Below are positions 37,231 to 49,878 of a stretch of DNA of 59,174 nt, one piece after another. The notes beneath the pieces were generated by a model. The model made no database searches. It was not told the origin of the DNA and was given only the letters and a program-made list of their open reading frames with translations. Origin of the DNA: Basidioascus undulatus (lineage: Eukaryota); contig JTLS01000007.1 in the NCBI GenBank assembly GCA_000826855.1, forward strand, positions 1 through 59,174, given 5' to 3'. Position 1 is the stretch's first letter. The number at the start of each line of letters is the position of its first letter. Position numbers and translations under genes: made by a program.

Positions 37231-38440
37231 TTGCTAAGCTGTATTGTGCGCGTGGGTGCCTCCTCGTTTAGGCTCCATGTACTGACACGGCTCCACCAGT
37301 TTTCTGATTCTACCCTGTTCTCATCGAGACGTGGACGACAGCCTTTGTGCCTTGTGCGTCTCTTCCTAAGACGCCTCGGCTTCTCGCGCTAATATTATGT
37401 TGGCGCGTAGGCCACCGCTGCTGCTGTCGTCCGAGGATCACAAGGCAACCTGTGCAAAGATGCAATGAACTGCCTGCGGTATCGTGGAATGACTGCTTGG
37501 AGACGCAGGACTGTGGAACCGATGTGCGCTGGTGGCAATGTCTACCTTTGTGAAACGTATTGGTAAAATTATTTTTAAAATTAGACAGCCTATGTATCAA
37601 ATTCCTTAAAGAGAATGGAAGCGGGAAGGGATGCAGTGCCAGTAAGCGCAGTGTTTTGGGCGCATTGTATCCACACTTGACCTCCTTTGTTGCATTGTCT
37701 TGTCTTGTTCGTGACACGAGGGTCTATTATGACTCAACATTTAAAGGGAAGGCTTTCTTTCCCTCCGCCAGACTCCAGAGTCAGGTTAACCTGACGCAGC
37801 CGCTGACAGCGTGAGCGTGTTCAACTACGCGCAGCCTCTTTGTTGCATCCATTCCCTCCGACCAAATTGAATATGCCGCGTTCGAGGGCAGGTTTCCGCG
37901 GCGGGACTATGTGCGAGGTAGGACAAGAATCAACGGCTCAAGGTCCGGAATTGCGGCTCGCCGCCCAGGGATCGAGTAACTGGGGATTGTAAAGAAAGCT
38001 GGCGGTGGTCCAGGTACCGTTTCAGGACGGATGTGATTGCACAATGCACTTTGAAGTTTACCTGGAAAGACCAAGATAATTCTGCAGAGGCTTTCAAGCC
38101 GTATCCCTTTCCCATAGGTTGTGGGCGTCATCTCTCTTGAGCTCTGTCACTCTCCTTCGGTACCAACAACTCAATCGACAGCGACAGACTCGGAGAAGAC
38201 AGGAAAGCGGCAGACCCAGTGGAAACCCTGAGGTAGGAGTGAATGAGAAATTGGAGGGAGACCGTCAACTGAGCGATCGAAACGAAACACACAAAAGGGG
38301 GGCGCAGGCTGGCGCAGGCAGTCGGCAAGGAGGGTAGTCAAGCAGCTCGGGAGAACACCGGCGCATCGCAGTCTGAAAGAAAGTCAAGGCTTGGTATTTT
38401 GCGCGTTAGCTCCACATAACGGTAAATTTCCTCCGTATAT

Positions 38441-41381
38441 CTAGGCGCCATCTTTCTCTGCAAGCCACGCTTTCACGAACGCAACCATCTCGGCATGGAT
38501 CTCCTTGATGTCGCGGGGCTCCTTGCTGGGGTCCTTGAGGCCGTTCCTGCAATCCCCGGACTTCGGTCAGCCACCATGCAGACAAAAACATGGAGAGAAA
38601 ACGACGGACTCATCCCAATGATGGGTGCCGTGCGGAATGACTTTGAACGGCTCGGAGATGGTGTCGTTGCGCAGCGGCGCGCGGTCCGAGTGAGGCGTGG
38701 CGGGCTTCCAGGGGTCTGTGCGCCAATGATTCAGTAGCTGTTTCCCTGCAATGACGAGCTGGCCTGCACGGCGTACCGTCCTCTCCGTCGATAAAGGCGA
38801 GGCGCGAGTACGAGAGCGAGAAGTCGCCGAGGTCGTTCACCTGAGACGCAGGCACAAGAAGGCCATGAACACCAGCACAGCATGCTGAAAGAGGGTTGCA
38901 TAACGTACCTCGTGGACGGCCGGCCACTCGGGCAGGCAGTAGTGCTTGCCAGGCGGATAAGACTGTCCAAGGTGGGATGTCAGCAAAAAGAGCGTTGCAA
39001 TGCGCGGTCGTCACGGTGATTACCTTGTGGCAGAACTTCGAGGTCTGCGTCACATAAAGCGCTTAGCATGAGAAGAAGAATAGCTGCCTGAGTTACGCAC
39101 GTAGTCCAAAGTGAGACGCTTCGAGACGATGCGAGGATACTCTGGGTCGGGCGGTGCGCCTGGGTTTACGGGACAGATGAGCTCATGGCCTGGAAGCGGA
39201 CAACCTGAAAAATAACCTTGGAAGTAGCCCCACTGGATTGAGCCGGCGCACAGGTCAGCCGTAGTATCCGATGCAAATTAACCAATGTCCAGGGCGCACC
39301 TGCGTGCAGACCTGTAGTGTCTCCTTTCCATTAGATGCTGGTCTAGCTGAAAGCGACTGTTGTGGCTGACCTGGAAGCCCCACGCCCTGCCGTTGGAGAA
39401 GTCGTGCTCGTCCTCCACAAGGTCCTCCTCCCCGTACGTCCCGAAGCACTCCTCAACAGTCATGCCTTCCGGGCATTGCGAGACGACGTTCTGCAACCAG
39501 CGATATTATCAGCGGCCCCCTAGCAGATCGGTTAATCCACGCACGTCCTTGATGAACTTTCCGTAGTTGAGCACAAGTGCCGGGATGCGGATCAGACCAA
39601 AGGAGCGGTCTCGGTTGGGCGTGGAAAGGGCTGCGCAGAAGTCTAGGATGTGCACATATTTTGAGTACGTGCTGGCAAACGAGGAGCGAGGGACAGCAAC
39701 CAACCGTCAAAGACCGTCGAGCTGACTGCGGGGTCCCAGTTCCTGGACTGCACCCCGCCGAGTGGGGAGGAAATCACGTCCACGAAGTCGGTGTTGTGGC
39801 TGAACGATCGCGTGGCCTTAGCTGAAGCCGGTCAAGCGATGCGAGCGTGAAAGGTGCTCACGAAAGGTCGCCAAGACCGAAGACGCTCTTCAGAACTGAT
39901 GCATATGGGACAGAATCAACTCGGATGCGAGACTCTGCAGTGGGAAGCACAAGCGTGCCTTTGTGAGGGAGTGACACGGGCAGGTCAAGAACCGTGTCGA
40001 TAGCCAGGATCGCTTCCTACACTCCGTGAAGTTAGTCCTGGGAACACCTAATATGAGATAAATGTGTAGCCTCACTTGAAGGTTCGCGATGCACTCAGGG
40101 TCCTGGTTGGTCCTGCAGGATTGTCCCCCAGATTAGGTGCGGCTTCGTAAAGAACGCCAATCACACGTACCGAATGATGTCCATGTACTGCCAGTAGAGC
40201 ACGTCCGCGTGCGTCACAGCTATATTAGCAGGTCAGTCTTGTGTACCAAGCTGCAGGACCCACGGCAACCTACCGCTGGATGCGATGCCGCCGAACACGA
40301 GGTCCGGGTAGAGCTTGCGCATGTGCGCCGCACGCGCACCGGCGTAGCTGCCGCCGTAGTCTGAGCACCATGAGAGTGTCAGTCCATTGGATGAAGTGCA
40401 CAAATATCCCACTAACAGATCCACCGCGTTCCGTCGGCAGGCGAAAGCGAGTGCGAGATGCCGCGCGGCTTGACGTGCTTGATGAACTCGGCAGAGTCTT
40501 GCAGCGCCAGCGAGTTGTTCAGGAATCTGGAATTGTTGGGAGATGAATGGGCTTCGGAAGTAAACATGTGCAGCGTGAACACGCACCGGAGGTTGTCGGT
40601 CGAGAACGTCTTGACCGGAATCGACTTTCCGTAGTAGCTGTACAAGTTCAGGGTGAGCACAGGCGCCCGGTGTGACGGCGACTAGCATACCGGTGCTCCA
40701 GAACTATCGCAAGACCGCCGGTGACCTCCGCTAGGATCTTGATGATGCCATGGTCGAGGAAGGGGAGGCGGTCGGCTGCGAAGATTGAGTCTCAGAGCAG
40801 ATCTATGAACATCTAGAGAGCTGATGGGGGAGCCTCACCACCAGACGTCTCCCCTCCGTCAAGAACGAGCACTATTCCATCCGAAGCAATCCGTCAGCCT
40901 CGCCGTACAGCTTCGTGAGGTTTGCTCGCCGGGCGTGAGGCGGGTGGGCACTCACCCGGTCCTCCAGGCTTGTAATATTTGTCGTTGACCCAGTAGCGTT
41001 GTTCAAAAGTCTATAGCAGGGTTATTGATGAGTTTCTCCCCCGAACATACGATAGGTACGGATAGTCGCCACGCACAGCGTTCGAGTGCTTATCGAAGTG
41101 ATTCACCCGCTGCTCGAAGGTCTGCGCAGGATAGAGATCCTCCAAGTTCTCACCCCTCTGCCCCTGGAAGACGAGACCTGCGCGATCGAAATCTTCTTGC
41201 CTGTGTGCAATTGCAAGAAGTCGAGATATGAGCTCAAACGAAATCGAGCGATAGGCGTTTCACGAACGAACGCCTTCAGTGCTGTGCGAAGCGCGGGATG
41301 CCTTGCGAGGAACTCCCGCGATAGAAATGCGCTTGTGAGCGGGGTCAGTAGTAGGAGTGGTGCGAGTTGTTTGAGTATCAT
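38441..41381 (-). CDS. Secreted serine carboxypeptidase, peptidase S28 family
   Basis: Signal peptide, VNHFDK..TFEQRYW, LDGGE, LEHRYYGKS, TDNLRFL, nucleophile YGGSYAG, DPWK, HHWDENG. Confidence 0.93.
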
Positions 41382-41600
41382 TCTATGAGGGTATGATGAA
41401 GGCGATGATAACAGAGCAAGCTGCAAAATGTGGGCTTCGAACTCGTATCAGGGGCGAGGCAGGGGCGTCCGAGCGCACCACGCGGCTCGCTCAAGGCGCG
41501 TCCGGCGCAAGGGGTGGGCAGGAATCCCCCGCGCGGTCGAGACGCGTCGCAATTGCCGACCGCCTTCGCGTCTTCTTTATTAACCACCACCAGATGCAGC

Positions 41601-42351
41601 ATGGCGAAAAGTATGGTGAGTGCGAGCTTGCTCTCTATATAAATAATTATTGTTTTACACGGGCGCACTCCGGGCCCACCGCAGACACCTCCTCTCACCC
41701 TCATCGTTGCCGCCACGCTCACGAATGGAATCGGCAAGGCCGCGACCCTTCCCTGGCGTTTGCCCAAGGAGATGGCGTACTTTGCCAGCGTCACGTCCGC
41801 GGCGCCTGAGGGCACGACCAACGCGCTCGTAATGGGACGCAAGGCTTGGGAGAGCATCCCGCTAAAGTTCAGGCCGCTGAAGGGGAGGCGGAACATCGTC
41901 GTGAGCAGGGACGACAAGTATGGCCTGTGCGTGTATCTCCCTCTTTGCTTTGTTTGTGTCGTGATATGCTGAAGGCAGGTGCTACAGCGGTTCAAACGCT
42001 GCCGATTCCCATCTTGCGTCTTCCATCTCTTCCGCACTCGCGCTTCTACAAGATCCCTCCCACTCTCCGCCCACCCACCGCGCTTTCTCGATCGGCGGTT
42101 CAGATATCTACCGCCACACGCTGCCTCTTGCCGAGCGCGTACTCCTCACGCGTGTGCTTAGTCCCGCCTTTGAAGACTGCGACGTCTTTTTCCCGGAGCT
42201 GGGCAGCGAGTGGATCAGGCGAAGTCATGACGAGCTGGAGAGCTGGGTCGGCTTCGAGGTGCCGCGGGGTGAGGTGGAAGAGAAGGGCGTCAAGTACGAG
42301 TTCCAGATGTGGGAGAGGGCGGCATGGGATGGAGCTCGGGAATACCATTGA
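41601..42351 (+). CDS. DFR1: Dihydrofolate reductase, 3 exons
   Basis: LIVAAT..NGIG..LPWRLPKEMAYF, VMGRKAWESIP..RPLKGRRNIVVSR, IGG, CDVFFP, YEFQMWER. Confidence 0.95.
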
Positions 42352-42866
42352 TTCTCGGGCGGCTGAACATGGCGTGCAAGATCACTTCGTCGCAGCGAGG
42401 CTCACTTGAGCTTTTATGCCGCTGGCCTCTCATAGCTCACGTCATAATGCTTGCTTATCTTAACGGCCCATCCATCCACGCTAATCAATGACACATTGCC
42501 GTACTCGGTTCGATCGCACATCGGCCATGCTCTTGCGCGTTCGCTTTGGGAATGTCCCTTTGGCTGCCGGTGTTCTCATGTCATTCGACCATTGAGTTCT
42601 TCATATAAAGCTACTGGACATTGACACCTCAAAATTTTCCACCTCACGGATAAACACACAGCCCCTACCTGCGCTGCCTCGTGCTGCACTGAGCCTCAGG
42701 ACATGACACGTTAATGAGGCAACCCTGCTGTCCTCCGTTTCGCAGCCAACTCACATCTGCACTACCTTTACGGGATAGTCCTTAGTCAAATTGATTACGA
42801 TTCCATGCGTGTCCGTCATATACAGCAAAGCAAGAGACCTGCGTCCAATGCGGAACTTCGCATGGA

Positions 42867-43444
42867 TCAGATGCCGCCGAACCCGCCCAGGCCGCCGCCG
42901 AATCCACCAAGGCCCCCATCAAAGCCTCCGCCGAAGCCACCAATGCCCCCATTGAAGCCGCCGTCGAAGCCGCCAAAGCCGCGGCCGCCGAATTGGCGCT
43001 GTGATGGAGAAAAGCCGCAGCGTGAGGCTCCGTGAAAGTCCCACACGGCCAGGAATGGAGCTTACCTTGTTATGATCCTTCTTCTTGTGATCCTTTTTCT
43101 TATGTTCTTTCTTCTTGTGCTCCTTCTTGTGTTCCTTCTTATGACACTTGTGCTCCTACATCACAAAAGAATCTGTCAGCGATCTCTTGCTGCCTCCTTC
43201 TGACAGCGCAGCTGCACGCAACCGCCTCACCTTCTTATGCTTGTGCTCCTTCTTGTGCTCCTTTTTATGCTCCTTCTTTCCGCCCCTCTTCTCAAACTCA
43301 GTTTCCGCCCAGCGCAGGCGCCTCGCCATTGGAGATGCCACGAGGCGCTAGTGCGTGCTCGCCCGTCTGGCCCTCTGCGAGCGGCGCAGCCAGCGCGAAG
43401 GTCAAGGTGGCCGCGAGGATGGTGAGAGCAATGGGCATGCGCAT
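42867..43444 (-). pseudogene. Secreted KKEH-repeat plus Gly/Phe peptide precursor with a 1-nt frameshift (pseudogene or assembly error)
   Basis: Signal MRMPIALTILAATLTFALAAP. Removing one base near 43308-43310 joins it to EFEKR-GG(KKEH)n. Exons 43231-43444, 43066-43155, 42867-42998 with phase-0 GT-AG introns. Confidence 0.75.
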
Positions 43445-45476
43445 TTTCGGTAATAGGCCTTTGTTGGAGAATGGAGGGTGGCTGTGAGTAACAAAGGACA
43501 AAGTGTTAGAGCTATGTCAACGCAAGCTTATCAGCAGCCGATAGTAACCCTGCTCTGCACAACTCTCCTGATGTCATATATAAACCAACACCCTGACCAC
43601 CGCTCGGGGTAATACTAAGGTATTCCGAGTTCTCCTTTCAGGCTTTTGGCTCCTTGAGCATGAGTTCACGGGTTCAGGTGTTGCTGCTTGCTGGACTGTC
43701 CCTGAAGTACTTTACAAACGCGTCACGTCTTCCAATGCCCGTGACCATCGCGCTTGCGCCGAAGTTCATAGGAGAAGAACCAACTCAGAATGCTATAGAA
43801 ATGGTAGCAGAAACGGAACATGGTGGTAAACAGGGCGATGGACCGGACGAAGACGCTTGGGCACAGGAGCTAATGGTTTCGATCACATCAAGACCGCTTC
43901 GGGTCAGCCACTGGGGTCAGCCACTGCATCCAACGCCTTGACCAGGGGAGACGCCAGTTGAAGAGAGACTCTATTTAAGCCGATTTTTTCACATATGCTC
44001 TATGAAGAGGTTCTGTAAGTGCATGTGCTGTCCAGCTTGGGTTCATTGCTCAGAGGGTAAGTCACTGACCTATATTTCAACCGTTCGCCCTTTAATTTGT
44101 ACAGCCTCCAGCACCCCCAAGCAAAATACGCCAGCTCGAGGGTCAGGATTGCGTCTGCCCTTTCCTGGGTCACCTTCGGTGCCAGCCGAGCGAGGAGCCC
44201 CGCAAGCGGTGAGGCCGCTGATGATAGTGACGGGCCCGCCTATCGGGTTCCCCGCCGTCGCCATCGCGACGTCGACCGCGAGAGAAAGATGAGGGCCAGG
44301 ACAGTGCAGGGTCTGATGTCCGCAGGGTCGTTGTTGGCGGCCGCACTAGTTTTGGAGACTCGTGGGACGGCGTCCGCATGGGGGCGCGGTCGACGGTGTC
44401 TTGTCAACGGGGTCGGCCATAGAGGTGGGAGGCGGGTAGAAGCGGTCGGGATGAGGTGTACGGGCCGTTCAGGCAGGCCGATGATGAGGGTGAGGGGAGT
44501 AGATACAACTGCGTGCACCTTCCACACCTCAGTACGCGTACTCGCCGGCAGTTCTAACTTCGCGGACTGGAGCTGGATAGCGTTCGTTGCGTGTATGCAT
44601 ACTACCAGCCTCACGACTTGCTTTCACACTTTCGAAGGCAACTTTACCTTCCTTCCAGAAGACCTTTGGTGCCAATATGTGGAACGCCACACATACACAT
44701 GCGCTGTGTGCTTAATCATCGAACTTCAACTGAAGGTCAAGATCATGATCCTCGACATGTCTGCCTTCTCCGCCAGCCTCTGCGTGTAAGTAGTTCACAG
44801 CTTCGCTCCGATGACTTGTGGCCTCTTTATACAAGTTTCTATGCAGTTTCCCCTCAAACAAGAAAATGGAGGGCAGGACCAAGCCGATGGAGGTCGGCAA
44901 GTACAGCCACGTCTCGCGGGGCACCGCAATGTGATATCCTATGGTACTCGTTATTTTCGGCCTTTGGCGCTACATCGTATGACATTTTCGATGTATTTGT
45001 CCTGGAATGATGTTCACTGGCAAGCTTCAGAAAAGAATGCAGTTCGAGAAACAGTTCTGCCCACTTCAGCGCAGTCGAGGCCGGTGATGCTGCGGAACGG
45101 CTCATTGTGCCTGGCGCATTGATCGCGAGGCGGAGCGACATATATGAATCTTGCAGCGATCACATCCCGCGCGCCGAGGTCCTTGGAGGTCGGCTTCGGT
45201 TCTTGCATCATGCAGATGGCTGACAGGCCGATGATTATGGGGAGCACGAGGAGCTGGACGAGCTCCATCCTCTCGACACTCATCTTCTCGTCCCCTGGCG
45301 GTGGTCCTGCCCGCGTGTAAACCACCCTTTTCGCTTGTTAAATCCTCTGTATACCGGCAACGTCAACCTAGACGTCTACCCACACTCGTTTTACAATACA
45401 CTTCGACAGTCACAGCCCCCTTCGATACCCGCATCGATACTCCGCGTTACGACCCCGGCTTCGACGCGTTTCTTCG

Positions 45477-46936
45477 ATGCACCGACTCACCCTCGTCTTC
45501 CTCGGCCTTCTAGGCCTCCTCGCCTTGGCCTCGTACGCGTCCGCTTGTTATCACATTGTGGAGTTGGCTAAGGTCCTTTTCTTGTCGTCTCAGCGCCAAG
45601 CACATCCCCGCCACTCACCGCTCCCACAACTGTTCCGTGCGCCCGGCACACTTCGGCGCCCGCGTTCCCCTCCAGGCCCGCGAGCAGGGCGCCCTCCCTC
45701 GCCGCAAGAGCGGCAAAAAGAAGCGCGCTTGCAAGCCGCGTCCTACGACTTCCTCGACGGCCAGCTGGGCCGCCCCAACCACGACGAGCACTACCGGATG
45801 GGCGCAGCCGACCTCCACGAGCACGCCGTGGGAGCAGCCGAGCTCGAGCACTCAGGAGTGGACCCAGCCGAGCTCGAGCTCGCAGGAGTGGACGCAGTCC
45901 AGCTCGAGCTCCCAAGAGTGGACCCAGCCGACGGTCGAGCAGCCAGGACTGGAGCCAGCCTAGCTCGACCTCCAGCTCCGAGGCTGCCACGGAGACCCCT
46001 GCAAGCTCCGGCTCCGGCAATAGCGACAGCGGTCCGTGGAGCTCGGCCATGACTTTCTATGCCTCCGTGAGTCGAAGTGTCGTTTGTGTTCCTTCAAGGA
46101 GGGTGAGCTGACTAGATAGATACAGGGCCTCAACGCCTACGGTTGGACGCAGTGAGTATTTCTTATTGTCTAGCGTCCCTGTGCGACGACGTTAACTGGG
46201 ACGCGCTTGTGAACAGCAACGACGGCAGCATGGTGCGCTGTGGTTTCTGATATTGCAGTCGTTGGCACACGCTGAGGATAGGGCTGTTTCTTCACCTCCT
46301 GCAGATCGCAGCGGTCTCGATGGATCTCTTCGACAACTATTCAGGTATGGCGGGTTGACCTCAGCCTCAGCCCTCCGGACACGCCCCTCAGTTGCTCACC
46401 CGTTCGACCTCTACCTGCAGGATATTACTGGGCCACTTCCGTTAACAAGTATGTACATTGTGATACTCCAACCGTACTTTCCGCGGCAGTTGCTGATCGC
46501 ATCGTTCCACAGCCCTGTCCGTTAGGCCCTCCGTTGGCCCCAGCGGGATAGATCTTGTGCCAGCCGACTGACAACTTGCTACAGATCTGCGGCCAGAAGA
46601 TCAAGGCTACGCTCTCCGTTGGCGGTCTCACCAACACGGTCGAGGTGCAGGTAGCAGATCGTTGCGAGGGGTGCGCTTACGTGTGTGTTGTCACTGCTCT
46701 GCGTCTTCCCAACTCCGCGTTTCCGCTCTGACCTTCCAAACCCCCTGTCAGCGCGACCTCGACTTCTCGGTCTGTCCAGTCTCACCGATTAACCGGCGTG
46801 GACGCTCTTACACGGACCGTTTATGCAGACCGGCGCGTTCCTGCAACTCGTCAACGGTATCGAATACTCGGGGGCATCCGGCGAAGGTATTGGCCGCATC
46901 ACGGCCGGCGCCGGTTTCTCCTGGGAGTGGGCTTGA
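45477..46936 (+). pseudogene. RlpA-like DPBB / expansin-related secreted protein, frameshifted
   Basis: Signal peptide, QEWTQPSSSS repeats, MTFY|GLNAYGWT..IAAVS..ICGQKIKAT..VADRCEGCAY..DLDFS..SWEWA*. Extra G near 45933. Confidence 0.8.
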
Positions 46937-48265
46937 TTCGACCCCCCCGTCTTCTGAAGATTTTCCTCCTGTACAAGTCATTACTCTACAATCTTGATAT
47001 GCTCCCTTTTTTGTGGACGTCGAGCTTTCGCAACCGCTTTCCGCTGCGCTTATGCCTCTAGCTGGATCTTTGCTACTCCTTTTTGTCATTCTAAATGTTC
47101 TGCACTTAAGTAAAGTACATCATTTAACAACTTGCCAAAGCAGAGTAGAGATTGGCAGAAACGAGAGGCAGTGGCAGTGGAAGAGCGGCGGCGGGTGCTG
47201 CCGGGTCAGGACAGGCCGGGAGGAGGTGGAGATGGACGAGAGGGAGGGCACGGTCGACGGGTTTGCGTTGCCGGACAAGAAATGGGAGCCGCGCTAAAGG
47301 CAAGGGGAGAAATGGGGAAAGCGGGAGAGCAAGAAGCTCTAGGATGACGAGGCGGAGATGAGGGTCAGGGTGGTCGGACCGTGATTGCCCGCCCCTAGCG
47401 GAAGAAGACGGGAGGACGCTGCTTTGACGAATTGTTACGAGGCGGATACAGGCTACGGATCTGCTGAACATATAACACCGCCGATTGTGCTTGCATTCTG
47501 CGTGAAAGATGGGCACTCGCGATGGGCGGCACACCCGCAGTTCCCATGGCCGAACGCGACGCATTCTGGAAGACAAGATGCCCGTACAGGTCCTCCCGGA
47601 CAGACAGGGGGTTGATATCGTGCAGTCTAATAATGTGCGCAGGTCGGTGCTCCGAGTGTTCGTTTCAAGGAGGTATTGTTGGCAGGAGCGCCTCCGCAGC
47701 GACGAGTTGCTTCTGTCGATCTGGCTCGAGCTGCGTCCTCAGCTTCCTGATCGGCGTCCTCAGGCTGTCTACGTTCATGTTCCCTGTTGTCGCTTTGGCG
47801 TTCCTTTCCAGCTCAGACTGTTTCTCGACTTCTTGTACATTTTCGAAACCTTCATAGTCCCATGGAGGACAATCAGTAGAAATGCTATGAACTCGGCCCC
47901 CTTGTTGTTATTCTTACACTTACAGCGGCCGGTACTTGATACGTATATTCGACCCAAAATTACATCCCCGGACAGCGCAGTTCTCGGTGCCTTCTTCGGC
48001 ACACAACCTTGATATTGGACCACTTACACAAGTAATAATAGGTTTCATCGCGTTCCTTAATAGACAGACGGGGCTGTTCTTTCTTTAACCTCATTCGGAC
48101 TCGACTAGTGCCAGCAGCTTCGCTCTTCCTGCCCTTTACCTCTTCCTCGCCGGTCTCCGCTCACCCTTCTCACATTCTAATACGGTTGGACTGCTCGGAT
48201 ACTTCTACTCATAAACAGACCAGCTACAACTAATCGTCACACACTCGCTTCATCAACCAACAATA

Positions 48266-49878
48266 ATGTACTCGCTCGCACTTGTCCCTCTCCTCGCCGC
48301 TGCAGTGCGGGGGCAGGTCACGGCTACGGGCAGTGAGTCCACCGAAACTGAGTCCTCTCCTCCCTCACGATATTCATTGTGGTGGTTCTTTTACAGCCCA
48401 AGGTGTCACAAATCCTCCCGCTGCGACCATGGGCACGCCAGTCAACCAGACGTCGATGGCTCGACTGCTGTCCGTCAACAGCGTTGATGTGAGTCGGATG
48501 CAGCTCGATACTTCAAAGGACGGAGTTGACCCCGTTGCCTTCAAATAGGACTGGTGTCTATTTGCTCCCCCCAGTACCGGCGACACCATCGGCGACACAG
48601 AGGCCATCGAGGTCGCATGGTGCACAAAACCCCGCAACAACGCTCGGGTCATCCCTGACGGCACCATCTACGCTGCTCACTTTGTTCGCTGGTTTCCCTT
48701 CTCGTCCTGATGTCGCTGGACCAACTCAACACCTTGTCCTCCAGGTCACGACCGACTTCTATGTTCAGGTCTCGGCTATCGGCGACTTCACCAACGTCAA
48801 CCTGAAAGCTGGTGACTACGGTGGCGAGCTCGACCCGCACGGTGCAACCGGCGCTGGTAACCCCGTCGGTGGCAACGTCACCTCGAACGTCACCGGTGAG
48901 GATGTATCTTACCAAGAGTGGATGGTGCGTGCACAAAGATGTCGGTCGCAACGCCTCCCAACAGTCTCTGACATTTGGTCGGGCCTGCAATAGAGCTATA
49001 TCTCCGACACAATGTTCTGCATCCGTGTCTGCACCAACGAGAACTCGACTTACTCGGCTGCTGCTATGTGCGAGCACAAGGTATGTCGGCTCTCATTCTC
49101 ATCCGCCTTACTCCAGCTGAAGTGCGAGCGGAAATCAAGCTCGACGAGATGGGCTGCACTTTCGTCATGCCCGGTGACTACTCCAACGGCACCTTCGACT
49201 CCTGCGAGGCTGATGTCGCGTACCCACCTGGTAATGGGTCCTGTTATATGCGAGATTCAAGTTTAAGAGCTCAAATCTACATGCTCAGGCTGGTACCCCA
49301 TCGTCGAGGGCGGCTCGACCTCGTACTCGGTCTTTGCTCAGTACTTCACTGGCGCATACACCCGTGAGTTTTGTTTGGGGAGGCCATGCTTTAGAATACT
49401 CACAACGATTTATATTCAACTACGGCAGAGGACGGCACTCTGGGTAAGTTGTCCTGAAGCAAGTAGCTGCCACCATGAACCCCAGACTAACGAACAGTGG
49501 CGCAGTCGGTTACACTGTCGGTACCACTGCCACCCCAACTGCGCCGTTCACCGTTCCCTCTTCGTCGTCTTGCACACCTGTCTCGACCATCTCCAACGGT
49601 ATCGCTTCTCTTGCTGTTGGGAACGCGCCATCTTCTGTGAGTACTCCTTAAACCCCGCATCCGCATCTTCTGACCCGTCTCCGGCTGCCTCTTCCTAGGG
49701 CTCCAAGAGCTCTTCCAACTCCAAGGCGACTGCCGGCTCCCAGAATGCGTCTGGCAGCAACACCGATGGCGCCAGTGGGGCCCGTCGCGTCGCACTCTTC
49801 CACTCCGACGCGCCCATTGTCGGCCTTGGCGTTGCCGCTGGCGTTGTCATCATGTCCGCCGCGGTAATCTTCCTCTAA
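48266..49878 (+). CDS. MP88 / macrophage-activating-glycoprotein-like GPI mannoprotein, copy 1
   Basis: Signal, ARLLSVNSVDDWCLFAP, EVAWCTKPRNNARVIPDG, GGELDPHGA.G.GNPVGG, LDEMGC.FVMP, S/T tail, hydrophobic C-terminus. Confidence 0.88.

Noticed and set aside
43650..45330. Hydrophobic ORF fragments
   Set aside because: Interrupted and unassignable.
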